Source of the DNA: Candidatus Shapirobacteria bacterium
GTDB lineage: Bacteria > Patescibacteriota > Microgenomatia > UBA12405
DNA: 64,000 nucleotides
Assembly (NCBI GenBank): GCA_041659325.1
Contig: JBAZYN010000001.1
Span: 494,819-558,818 of the forward strand
Reading direction: 5' to 3'
Shown here piece by piece: positions 11,857-20,406 of the stretch (the first letter of the stretch is position 1; every line of letters begins with the position of its first letter). The translations under genes were made by a program, and so were the position numbers. The notes beneath the pieces are model-generated. The model ran no database searches and was not told the DNA's origin. It worked only from the letters and a program-made list of their open reading frames with translations.

Positions 11857-11864
11857 AAATTTGA

Positions 11865-12671
11865 TTATCTCCACCTGGTCATCACAATAATTGCCAAAAA
11901 TATAGCCACTCCCACCCAGACGAATCCCATCCACGTCTTCCGAAACAGTCTCCCCCGAATATCGCCCTGCAACAACCCCGATATAATATAAATCACAGAC
12001 ACCAGGTACATCGACCCTCTAAAAATTCCCACTGGCCAAAACGAAAATATCATTCCCAATTGGCCCAAAATTAATCCGGGAGCCAAAACATAGGCCATCC
12101 GGTTTTTATCCTTGCCGTCATCAGGTAGCTCAATCGCAATTGCCCAAAATTGATACAAAAATAGCAAAGTCGACACCGCAAAGATCACCAGTCCGTTTAT
12201 CCAATAATCCCATCTGAAAGAAAATATGGTATCAAACAAAAAAAACGCCGCCAATAACAAGATTATCAAGCTAACCGTATACGCCGCCCGATACAAAGGT
12301 ACCGTTTTATAGCCTATTGCCACCAAAAATACATTTTCAACCAAAAAAATAATATAGCAAAGCCCCCCAAAAAATACACTCATCGCCAATGAACCGACAA
12401 ACGAAGCAGGCAATATGGCCGCAAACAAGCCAAAGCCAATAAACAGCGCCGACGGCAACAAAATTGCCATCAGTCTAAGATAAATGCTATCGGCAAATAT
12501 TATCCCCAATCCAAACCAAAAACAAAAAATAACCAAAAGCGTCCCTACAATTAATCCGTAATACCGCGATTCATAAGGTAGGGAAATAAACATAAAAAAA
12601 CCAACCGCCGATAAAATCGATGAGACCAGATACTTAAACCTTTTGGACATAGTCAAACCCGGTAAAAACAT
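11865..12671 (-). CDS. hypothetical polytopic membrane protein
   Basis: 268-aa ORF with about 7 hydrophobic helices; no motif recognised. Confidence 0.6.
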   Translation of the reverse strand: MFLPGLTMSKRFKYLVSSILSAVGFFMFISLPYESRYYGLIVGTLLVIFCFWFGLGIIFADSIYLRLMAILLPSALFIGFGLFAAILPASFVGSLAMSVFFGGLCYIIFLVENVFLVAIGYKTVPLYRAAYTVSLIILLLAAFFLFDTIFSFRWDYWINGLVIFAVSTLLFLYQFWAIAIELPDDGKDKNRMAYVLAPGLILGQLGMIFSFWPVGIFRGSMYLVSVIYIISGLLQGDIRGRLFRKTWMGFVWVGVAIFLAIIVMTRWR

Positions 12672-13347
12672 TAATCACATCATCACTTTCCTCCAATTCT
12701 CCCACCAGATCAAGCACATCAGCCACATCTTCCTCGCGGGAAAGCATTAAAGGCATTTTTGGCACCATTACTATTTCATACCGAACAACTTTTATCCCCA
12801 TATTTTTAATTTTTTCCGCCACCTCGGTCAGATTCCCTGGGTCAACATATATCCTGTTTTCCGATATATCCTCAGCTCCGGCGTCAATCAAATCAAGCTC
12901 CCTGTCTACTGGTATTTGTTCAACCTCTATCTCTCCCCTTTTATCAAATTGATACAGCACCGATCCTCCCTCCACCAAACTTCCTCCGCAATTTCTAAAC
13001 ATTAATTTCAGTTCCGTCAAAGTTCTATTTTTGTTATCTGTTTCCGCTTCAATGATAAATGGGACCGAGTGGGGACCGTAGCCCTCAAAAACATAGTTTC
13101 CCATATTCGCTTTTTTTTCCTCAAAATTAGCGATTAACCGCTCGATATTGTCTTTCGGCATATCGACATCTCGGGCCGCGACAATTGCCGTCTTGAGATG
13201 TAAGTTAGCCTCCCTATTTGTATTCCCCCCACCCGTCCGAATTGCCGTCAGGATATTCTTGGCTGCCTTAGTAAAAACTTCGCTTCGCTTTTTATCTTGC
13301 GCTCCCTTTCTGTTTTTGATATTCGACCACTTAGAATGACCGGACAT
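12634..13347 (-). CDS. yebC: YebC/PmpR-family probable transcriptional regulator
   Basis: N-terminal MSGHSKWSNIKNRKGAQDKKRSEVFTKAAKNI is the YebC/TACO1 signature. Confidence 0.85.
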   Translation of the reverse strand: MSGHSKWSNIKNRKGAQDKKRSEVFTKAAKNILTAIRTGGGNTNREANLHLKTAIVAARDVDMPKDNIERLIANFEEKKANMGNYVFEGYGPHSVPFIIEAETDNKNRTLTELKLMFRNCGGSLVEGGSVLYQFDKRGEIEVEQIPVDRELDLIDAGAEDISENRIYVDPGNLTEVAEKIKNMGIKVVRYEIVMVPKMPLMLSREEDVADVLDLVGELEESDDVINVFTGFDYVQKV

Positions 13348-14197
13348 AATTACTATATTTTATCATCCGGCCAAAGGTATCACCGAAATATAAATATATT
13401 TCGTTTTCGCCCAAATTACTGTCTGTCCGAATTGTACAACTAAATAGTTCCTTTAATGCCAACAGTCCCCATCTCTCCTCCAAACCATGGTGATATACCA
13501 TCAAGCACTTATCGACTATTTCCTCCGCATCATCAACTTCCATTACTGAAAACCCCGCCCATTCCAACCTCTCCGACATAAAACCGGCAAGCCCACTTTC
13601 TGCCGATGCGTTGTAAACCGATAGCCTCATATCATCAACCAAAATTCTGTCATCCCCAAAGTCCCTCATCATTATTTCTCCCAATACAAGCTTGTTTTGC
13701 TCAATGGCACCATTAATCTCCTCACTGCTTACAATCATACTGTTTTGCCATAAGACATATTTAATCCACCCAAATATTCCCAACTCCGAGATCAAATTTT
13801 TATTGCTGCTCCAATCCTCATATTTTTCCAGAAATACCACCTCATCGGCCATAAAGCCAAAATTATAAAAAAATATCGGTTTATAATCCGCAAAATTCAC
13901 CTCCTGTTTTAGTAACCGCATGATCTTATCACCCTTGTACCACCCCAATCCTCCTGGCACCCAAATCGGCACACTTCCCCCCACCTCAAGCACATTTACC
14001 ATATCCCTCACCGGACTTATCGAAACCATTACTAACCGATCGGGAGAAATAATTGCCAGTTTCACATCGGTTTTACCATTCCAGCCAGCCGACCAGACAG
14101 TAATTCCTAGCCCCCCCGCCACCACCAATACTCCCAATATTACCAGCCAAAGCCATCCCCTATTTTTAACCCGTTTTTTCATATTCCGCCAAAACAT
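13331..14197 (-). CDS. membrane-anchored protein with LytR_C-like C-terminal domain
   Basis: N-terminal TM. C-terminal RLSVYNASAESGLAGFMSERLEWAGFSV resembles the LytR_C pattern. Confidence 0.5.
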   Translation of the reverse strand: MFWRNMKKRVKNRGWLWLVILGVLVVAGGLGITVWSAGWNGKTDVKLAIISPDRLVMVSISPVRDMVNVLEVGGSVPIWVPGGLGWYKGDKIMRLLKQEVNFADYKPIFFYNFGFMADEVVFLEKYEDWSSNKNLISELGIFGWIKYVLWQNSMIVSSEEINGAIEQNKLVLGEIMMRDFGDDRILVDDMRLSVYNASAESGLAGFMSERLEWAGFSVMEVDDAEEIVDKCLMVYHHGLEERWGLLALKELFSCTIRTDSNLGENEIYLYFGDTFGRMIKYSNYVRSF

Positions 14198-14900
14198 CTT
14201 TTAGATCACTAGGTATTTCCGATTCAAATGACACAACTTTCCCGTTTACATCGGTAAAACTAATCTGGTGGGCATGTAGAAACGGCCTCCCGCCGGAAGC
14301 TCTGAGCTTGTCGAAGGGCTCCCCGCCATACAACACATCTCCCACCAACGGCCATCTCAAGTTACTAAAATGAACTCTAATCTGATGAGTTCTCCCGGTC
14401 AAAAGATCAATATCCACCAAGCTATAGATTCGGTTACCCCTTTTATACTTTGAAATCAGCCGAAATCGGGTTTCCGCCTTCTTGCCGTCCGGATCAACTC
14501 CAAATTTCCCAAAGCCAAAACGGCTGCGACCTATCGGCACTTTCATTCCCCCCTCTCTTGGCAAATCTCCGCAAATTAACGCAATATATTTTTTTTGTAC
14601 TTTCCTTTTTTTAAACTGACTTTTCAAATAATCCAGGGCTTTTTTAGTTTTTGCCACCACTATCAATCCCGAGGTCCCCTTATCCAATCGGTGCACTATC
14701 CCCGCTCTTTCTAAATTATTTGACTTTTTATCCCTCAGCCAATCCTCTAGAGTCGCCTGCCGGTTCGTCCGTCCCTCATTAGTTACCACCAATCCTCCCG
14801 GTTTATCTAAAACCATCATCTCCTCGCCTTCAAAAACTATTCCGATCTTTTCATCCATAAGTTTATTATAAATACCCCCGCACCCAAAACTATCATCCAA
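14166..14900 (-). CDS. RluA-family pseudouridine synthase (RluD-like, no S4 domain)
   Basis: Catalytic motif HRLDKGTSGLIVVAKT. Neighbour of lspA, as in many bacteria. Confidence 0.8.
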   Translation of the reverse strand: MDDSFGCGGIYNKLMDEKIGIVFEGEEMMVLDKPGGLVVTNEGRTNRQATLEDWLRDKKSNNLERAGIVHRLDKGTSGLIVVAKTKKALDYLKSQFKKRKVQKKYIALICGDLPREGGMKVPIGRSRFGFGKFGVDPDGKKAETRFRLISKYKRGNRIYSLVDIDLLTGRTHQIRVHFSNLRWPLVGDVLYGGEPFDKLRASGGRPFLHAHQISFTDVNGKVVSFESEIPSDLKDVLAEYEKTG

Positions 14901-15220
14901 TCTGCCAGGTTATTATATAACCCAAAAAATAATTCCCAATAATCCCTTACATATCCAAATCTTATCCGGTCAACCAGGTTTAACCCTCCACCCCAAAACA
15001 CCGCCGCCAGCCCTCCCCCCTCTCCCCTCCAAATCACTTTATATCCCAAAATCAAAAATACGGCTATATTTAGTAATATACCACCTATATTAAACCCAAA
15101 ACTGACTCCATAGTTTCGGACCATCACCCCAAAAAATCCCGCCAACACCTCATTTACAAAAACCAACAAAACCAATCCGGTTGTAAACCACAAAACTCTA
15201 GAACTCTGACTCTTTCTCAC
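14837..15220 (-). CDS. lspA: lipoprotein signal peptidase II
   Basis: NYGVSFGFNIGG and GGGLNLVDRIRFGYVRDYW ... NLAD match LspA conserved boxes; 4 TM helices. Confidence 0.8.
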   Translation of the reverse strand: MRKSQSSRVLWFTTGLVLLVFVNEVLAGFFGVMVRNYGVSFGFNIGGILLNIAVFLILGYKVIWRGEGGGLAAVFWGGGLNLVDRIRFGYVRDYWELFFGLYNNLADWMIVLGAGVFIINLWMKRSE

Positions 15221-15584
15221 ATTTAATACAAACGGTTGCTTCAGGCTTAATTGCTAACCGGTCTGTATCTATCATCTTCCCGCACTTCTCGCAAGTTCCA
15301 TACTTCCCAATCCTTAGATAAGTCAAAGCCTTTCTGACCTGAACAATCTGTTTTTTAATAAAATTAGCCTTTACCACCGTTTCAAAATGCCCCACCTGTT
15401 CATCCACATCCTCCTCAATCGAATTTTCCGTCGACCTGGCTGCATCCATAAACGGATCAGACTGCTTTATGTCTTTCTCTCTGCGCTTTAAGCGGACAAT
15501 CTCTCCCTCAAGGAAATGTTTTATCGGTGCTACCAATCTGCCGGGAAATTTAATACTCTCCGCCGGCTTCGTTTCTGATTTCAT
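15198..15584 (-). CDS. DksA/TraR-family C4 zinc-finger protein
   Basis: C-terminal CEKCGKMIDTDRLAIKPEATVCIKCEK four-cysteine finger. Confidence 0.7.
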   Translation of the reverse strand: MKSETKPAESIKFPGRLVAPIKHFLEGEIVRLKRREKDIKQSDPFMDAARSTENSIEEDVDEQVGHFETVVKANFIKKQIVQVRKALTYLRIGKYGTCEKCGKMIDTDRLAIKPEATVCIKCEKESEF

Positions 15585-16249
15585 GATTTCTTCCTTTTTA
15601 TCTTAACCAATAACGGATCAAGCACTTCTCCAAGAATAAACAATCCTCCCAGATTTATCAAGCCGGCAAACAAAAGTACCCCAAAAAAAACCCACTTGTT
15701 AATTATCAAAAAATATACCGCAAGGAGCATGAAAAACACCATATTGGCAAAGAAAAACCTAAATCCCTTCCGGCCACTTCTATACCAAACAAAGGACCGA
15801 TACCGATTTTTCACCCACGTCGAAATCAAAAGACTCAAAACAAATATTGCCGCTATCGCCCCCTCCGTTACCCCAATCTTCCCAAAATCCACCCCCGCCA
15901 ACCATACCCCCATCACCAAAATCAACATATTGTTGGTCATATCTTCAAGAAATGGCCATAATTTCCAACTATACTTCTGCGCTAGCACGGTTACAATCAT
16001 TAGTAATATCACATAACCACCGGCCAAATTTAATCCCCGATTTTTATAAAATATTACCCAATCACCAAGCGTACTCCACTCCCCCCAATTAGCCAGTCCA
16101 TAAGTTACCCTCCCCCCTATCAAAAAAGCCAACACCGCCAACCATGAAAAAGTAATCAAATCATCAACCCGATAACTATCTCTCAAATTTCTCCAGGTTA
16201 AATACAGAAACAATACAATTCCGATTATTGATAAGAACGGAAAAACCAT
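15581..16249 (-). CDS. probable prolipoprotein diacylglyceryl transferase (Lgt-like)
   Basis: Polytopic membrane protein; GGRVTYG and YKNRGLNLAGGYV loosely match Lgt motifs; operon context with lspA. Assignment is tentative. Confidence 0.45.
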   Translation of the reverse strand: MVFPFLSIIGIVLFLYLTWRNLRDSYRVDDLITFSWLAVLAFLIGGRVTYGLANWGEWSTLGDWVIFYKNRGLNLAGGYVILLMIVTVLAQKYSWKLWPFLEDMTNNMLILVMGVWLAGVDFGKIGVTEGAIAAIFVLSLLISTWVKNRYRSFVWYRSGRKGFRFFFANMVFFMLLAVYFLIINKWVFFGVLLFAGLINLGGLFILGEVLDPLLVKIKRKKS

Positions 16250-16323
16250 ACCCTATTATAATCTATATTCATCGCACAAATTGCGATCCCTTCATAGCGC
16301 CAAAGAACGAAATTGTATCTGTA

Positions 16324-16477
16324 CGTCATTGCGCTTGTCCGCCTTTGGCGGAAGGAGTAAAACGACGTGGCAATCTTTACAGAATTTGACTATACAAATC
16401 TCTCCACTCCGGGTTAATGCAATTGATTATGTCTAACGTTAAAGATTGCCACAGTCAATCCTTCCTTCGCAATGACG
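16324..16477. mobile_element. MITE-like element copy B (154 bp; TIR CGTCATTGCG / CGCAATGACG)
   Basis: Perfect 10-nt terminal inverted repeats. Internal CCGCCTTTGGCGG palindrome. Inverted GACGTGGCAATCTTT / AAGATTGCCAC modules. Confidence 0.55.
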
Positions 16478-16532
16478 CGAATCATCTGGTGCTCGTTTTT
16501 GGAAAAATTCGAACGCATTTCAAACAAAATTG

Positions 16533-17612
16533 TTAAAGTGTTAGGTCTTTAAACAAAATTATATTATTTTTTTGACCACGAATCAAAACAAATACTTTGT
16601 CTAATAAATCACCATGCTGAAGTACCATTTCTTTCTGTTGAAAAGTCATTTTATCAAAAATGTCTTTGGTGATTACAATCTTTTCTGTCTCTTCTGGCTT
16701 CCATCCACCCATAACGTGTGATTCAACATACCAACCTCCTGGAAATAGTTTTTGGTAGACTCTTGCCAATTCCGCTCCTTCCCAATTAAAAACATGGCTT
16801 TGAATTATTACATCGGGATGCATCCCCAAGCCACCTTGAGATCCTGAATCAACGTCACAAAAAATTGTTTTTCTCTCAAAAGCTCTTCGAGAACCAATCA
16901 AATAAACTCCAAGGTCGGAGAAAAATGGCTGTTTCGCAGTTAAGTCTTCAATCCAATCGTCAGTTAAAATGCCATACAACACAGAGGGATCTTCGGCAAT
17001 ATCCATTGCTCTTGTTCCCAATTTTGCTTCCAACGCGCGTATCTGAACTTCTGGTCTCTGTATTGTCCCTCTGCCCCATAACTCACCAGTTTGAAGAAAA
17101 TCAATTAACCTTTCAACAGAATAAATATTTTTTGCAACATATGTCTGACCTTGTATTTTATCTTCCGTGGTACTTAATTGTTCTTCTGCCAATACCCTAT
17201 CAACATTGCCTTCTGCCATTAGTCTTGAGACTATCGCTTCTTTTTTTCTTGGAATATTAGCGGAAGCAAATATATCTGCCTGTTCAAGCGCTTGTTGTCG
17301 TCTGGCTACTGGAGTTAACGTAAGAACGTCTTGAAATAATAAACCCGGCGCGGCGTCAATCTCCTGCCACCAACTTTTTAATTTGGCGTCAATCGCCATT
17401 TCTACCGACCATTTTAAACGCAGTTCATCAGGAGGAAGAAGATTTTTTGCCCATCCGGCATATTGATCCAAAAATGCTATTCCATTTTGTTCAACCCTTT
17501 TGTCATCCATATTGAATAGTATATTGCAAATTAAGAAGTAACTGCTTTCTGTCAGCACCCTTTGCACATAGATTTTTCCCTGTTCCGTTTCTAACCTTGG
17601 GCATATTCCCAC
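16533..17612 (-). CDS. hypothetical protein with a candidate Pol-beta-type nucleotidyltransferase motif (LIGSRRAFERKTIFCDVDSG)
   Basis: 359-aa ORF. AT-richer than its neighbours. hGS-x(11)-DxD pattern about 100 aa from the C-terminus. Lies between MITE copy B and tRNA-Leu. Confidence 0.6.
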   Translation of the reverse strand: MGICPRLETEQGKIYVQRVLTESSYFLICNILFNMDDKRVEQNGIAFLDQYAGWAKNLLPPDELRLKWSVEMAIDAKLKSWWQEIDAAPGLLFQDVLTLTPVARRQQALEQADIFASANIPRKKEAIVSRLMAEGNVDRVLAEEQLSTTEDKIQGQTYVAKNIYSVERLIDFLQTGELWGRGTIQRPEVQIRALEAKLGTRAMDIAEDPSVLYGILTDDWIEDLTAKQPFFSDLGVYLIGSRRAFERKTIFCDVDSGSQGGLGMHPDVIIQSHVFNWEGAELARVYQKLFPGGWYVESHVMGGWKPEETEKIVITKDIFDKMTFQQKEMVLQHGDLLDKVFVLIRGQKNNIILFKDLTL

Positions 17613-17728
17613 AAAAATCTACCCACACAAACAGTTGGTCCATGATATTCTTCCTCGACAACATCTAACTGTCCACGATATAAATCCGTCATATAAAAAA
17701 TTTATGTTTTATGATACGATTTCCTTTT

Positions 17729-17816
17729 TGGTGCCGAAGGACGGAATCGAACCGTCACGGTTTTTAAGGCCACAGGTTTTTGAGACCTGCGTGTCTACCA
17801 ATTCCACCACTTCGGC
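17729..17816 (-). tRNA. tRNA-Leu(CAA), type II with long variable arm, CCA encoded
   Basis: Acceptor GCCGAAG/CTTCGGC (7 bp). Anticodon stem CAGGT/ACCTG with loop CTCAAAA. T-arm GACGG-TTCGATT-CCGTC. Discriminator A then CCA. Confidence 0.85.
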
Positions 17817-17841
17817 AAATTTCAAACTTTATTTTATTATT

Positions 17842-17898
17842 GTCGGCCTCGGTAGTCTACCAATGAAATTTATCCGCCGGCAGGCGGACCACTTCGGC
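17842..17898 (-). pseudogene. tRNA-Leu 5'-half duplicate interrupted by a CCGCCTGCCGGCGG palindrome insertion
   Basis: GCCGAAGTGGT ... ATTGGTAGAC copies the acceptor and D-arm of the adjacent tRNA, with a 23-nt palindromic insert. No anticodon or T-arm. Confidence 0.35.
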
Positions 17899-17950
17899 TT
17901 TCAAACTCTTCTATTATCTCACGACAAACCCCTAATTTTAAACCCAAAAC

Positions 17951-18014
17951 AATTACTAATTACAGATTACAGATTACTGATTACAGATTACTGATTACAG
18001 ATTACCAATTACCA
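17951..18014. repeat. tandem heptamer array (AATTACT AATTACAG ATTACAG ATTACTG ATTACAG ATTACTG ATTACAG ATTACCA ATTACCA)
   Basis: Nine 7-nt units immediately 3' of dnaB. Confidence 0.6.
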
Positions 18015-18016
18015 TC

Positions 18017-19321
18017 TCACCCTTTCTTCTCCACATCAAAAAAACTCACCTGCTTACCGTTAAAGTACAGATTAAAAGTTCCAGTCGGACCATTCCTGTG
18101 TTTTTCGATCCCACAGGTCACAATTTCCCGAACCTCCTCGTCCTCCCGGTGTAAAAACAGTACCACGTCAGCATCCTGTTCAATACTTCCCGATTCCCGC
18201 AGATCCGACAGTCTCGGTTTCCCCCCCCTGGCTTCCATTGCCCGGGAAAGTTGAGCCGCCGCCACAATTGGCACCTTTAGCTCTCTTGCCAAATTTTTTA
18301 ATCCCTGGGAAATTTCCGACACCTCCTGAACCCGATTATCTCTGGTAGTTCCATGCATCAGTTGCAAATAATCAACCACAATAAATCTTATCCCCTTATC
18401 CGACTGCAGTCTCCTTGCCTTCGTCCTCAGTTCCGTCACCGTCAGCCCGGGAGTATCGTCAATATAAAGCGGGGCCTCAGCTAGTACCCCCATTGCCTCC
18501 GACAACGACGCAAAGTCATCTTCCGACAGTTGTCCAGTCTTTAGCTTCCAGGCGTCAATCAGCCCCTGACGAACTAGCAATCTGTCTACTAGTTCCTCCT
18601 TGCTCATTTCCAAAGAAAATACACACACCGGTTTCTTTTCTTCAACCGCCACATGTCTGGCAATATTCAAAACAAAAGCCGTTTTTCCCACTCCCGGCCT
18701 GGCTGCCAAAATTATTAAATTACTATCCTGCATTCCGGCAAGCATTCCATCCAACGACTTAAAACCGGTCCCGATTCCCCTCAAACCACTTCCCAATTTC
18801 TGCAACTCATCCAGGCGGTCAAAACTGGCCGTCAAAACTTCCTTCAGCGAAGATGGCACCGATTTCAAATGTTTTTGCGACAGCGAATATATTTCCTGCT
18901 CGGCATAATCCAAAAGCTCCTCCGACTTCAATCCATCATCAAAAGCTCTCTCGGAAATCCTGGCCGCCGCCGAAATCAGCTCCCTTTTAGCCGATAGCGA
19001 CTTAATAATCCGACCATAACTCTCAACATTGGCCGAAGTCGGCACCTCGTTTGCCAACCTGGCCAAAAACGTCTTCCCTCCCACCCTCTTTAACAACTTA
19101 AGCTCCTTAAGCCTTTCCGAAACAGTCACGATGTCTAAGGGCTCCCTCTTTTCATACAAATCAATCATTGCCTGATACACCTGGGCATAGTTTTCATTGT
19201 GAAAATGTTCGGGACGAAGAAAATCCGACACTTCAACAATCCCATCGTTATCTATCAAAATCGACCCCAAAACCGATATTTCGGCTTGCTCAGAACTCGG
19301 CGGTATCTTTAATGTATCCAT
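18017..19321 (-). CDS. dnaB: replicative DNA helicase DnaB
   Basis: N-terminal DnaB domain. Walker A ARPGVGKT, Walker B and arginine finger; SEISQGLKNLARELKVPIVAAAQLSR. Confidence 0.95.
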   Translation of the reverse strand: MDTLKIPPSSEQAEISVLGSILIDNDGIVEVSDFLRPEHFHNENYAQVYQAMIDLYEKREPLDIVTVSERLKELKLLKRVGGKTFLARLANEVPTSANVESYGRIIKSLSAKRELISAAARISERAFDDGLKSEELLDYAEQEIYSLSQKHLKSVPSSLKEVLTASFDRLDELQKLGSGLRGIGTGFKSLDGMLAGMQDSNLIILAARPGVGKTAFVLNIARHVAVEEKKPVCVFSLEMSKEELVDRLLVRQGLIDAWKLKTGQLSEDDFASLSEAMGVLAEAPLYIDDTPGLTVTELRTKARRLQSDKGIRFIVVDYLQLMHGTTRDNRVQEVSEISQGLKNLARELKVPIVAAAQLSRAMEARGGKPRLSDLRESGSIEQDADVVLFLHREDEEVREIVTCGIEKHRNGPTGTFNLYFNGKQVSFFDVEKKG

Positions 19322-19893
19322 ACAATTTCAAGCCCCTCAGGCAGACTTTCAGAATCTACCTTTAACGACTCAACCGGCTGCAAATCCTCCCTGTCAACCT
19401 CATCCATAAATTTCTTCATCTCTCCGGTGTCCGCCTGCCCTCCGACGGGAATCAGGTAATTTGCTCCCCACTTTTTCGCCCACGACAATACAATTTTTCC
19501 ACCCACCACTTTTTCTCCTCCCACCGATGCCATCAATACATCAACGGCGTTAATCCGCTCGATTTTTTTATCGGTCAAAACTTCAGATATCTCACCCAAA
19601 ATTCCAATTGTTACTCCATCTACATTAATTACATACACCGTGTCTCCGCTGCCGGCACCGACTCCCAATACTTCCACCCCCCCGACTTCATATTCTCCCG
19701 GACCTCTCAATATCACTTTTTCCCCGTCATTTAGCCCCAACCAATCGTATTTTTTGAAGTAAATATTATTACCCTACCTATGGCCTTATTAGCTCCAATA
19801 ACTTCCTTTGTCGGATTAATCAAAACACTCTCTTTTTTGCCTTTTAACAAAACCGTTTGACTTCCCATACATCTTATTTCCATATATGCAATT
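19309..19893 (-). pseudogene. frameshifted gene; N-terminal 50 codons resemble the start of MBL-fold hydrolases
   Basis: ATG at 19883 gives MEIRCMGSQTVLLKGKKESVLINP..., which stops at 19731. The long ORF 19309-19740 starts on TTG in the +1 frame. The two frames overlap at an A6 run (19752-19757 on the minus strand). No HxHxDH motif in either piece. Confidence 0.4.
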
Positions 19894-19938
19894 CTATCAT
19901 CACTTTTTAGCTCTTTGTGATATCATCTCTAAATCAAT

Positions 19939-20406
19939 ATGTTTAAAGAATTTGTGCTCGCCATCATCTTGGGCGCTCTTCTCGGATTCGGACTTACGGG
20001 AGGTTATTTTGCCCTAAACGCCAACAAGAAAAATAACCAACTCCCCGCCATCACCCCATCTCCGATCCCGCTTGTTTCCCAGGCCGTCGATTCAAAAATC
20101 AGCCCTGAGCCTTCGGAAAAACCCACCATCCAAAACCCCGACAATCTAACCGTTGACAGCCCCAAAAACGAATCGGTAGTCAACAACTCCAAAACCACAG
20201 TATCCGGTAATAGTTCACCCCAAAGTACAATAATAATTACCACTGCTCAAAAAACATACAGCCAAACGGCCTCCGAAGACGGCGCTTTTTCTATCGATAT
20301 CGAGCTCGAGTCAGGCGCCAACAAAATCAACGTCTCGTCCATAGGTACCGGCGACAGCCAAACTGATATACAACTAATTATTACCTATTCAACCGCAAAG
20401 ATATAA
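19939..20406 (+). CDS. hypothetical membrane-anchored or secreted protein
   Basis: N-terminal TM helix, Ser/Thr/Pro-rich linker, then beta-rich C-terminus. Confidence 0.55.
   Translation: MFKEFVLAIILGALLGFGLTGGYFALNANKKNNQLPAITPSPIPLVSQAVDSKISPEPSEKPTIQNPDNLTVDSPKNESVVNNSKTTVSGNSSPQSTIIITTAQKTYSQTASEDGAFSIDIELESGANKINVSSIGTGDSQTDIQLIITYSTAKI

Noticed and set aside
11182-11864. tmRNA, RNase P, SRP or 6S RNA assignment for the GC-rich stretches at 11300-11400, 26760-27100 and 50190-50560
   Set aside because: I looked for hallmark strings: GGAAAGUCCGGGC and ACAGAACCCGGCUUA for RNase P, GGAAGCAGCC for SRP, and a GGGG...UUCGAC 5' end plus T-arm and CCA 3' end for tmRNA. I found only partial or chance matches (for example ACAGAACCC at 26958, CCCACCACCA at 50378), which is insufficient to call any of them.
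17613-17728. ORF 17635-17994 (119 aa) spanning the tRNA-Leu region
   Set aside because: It overlaps the tRNA gene, the tRNA fragment and the heptamer array, so it is a non-coding region read through by chance.
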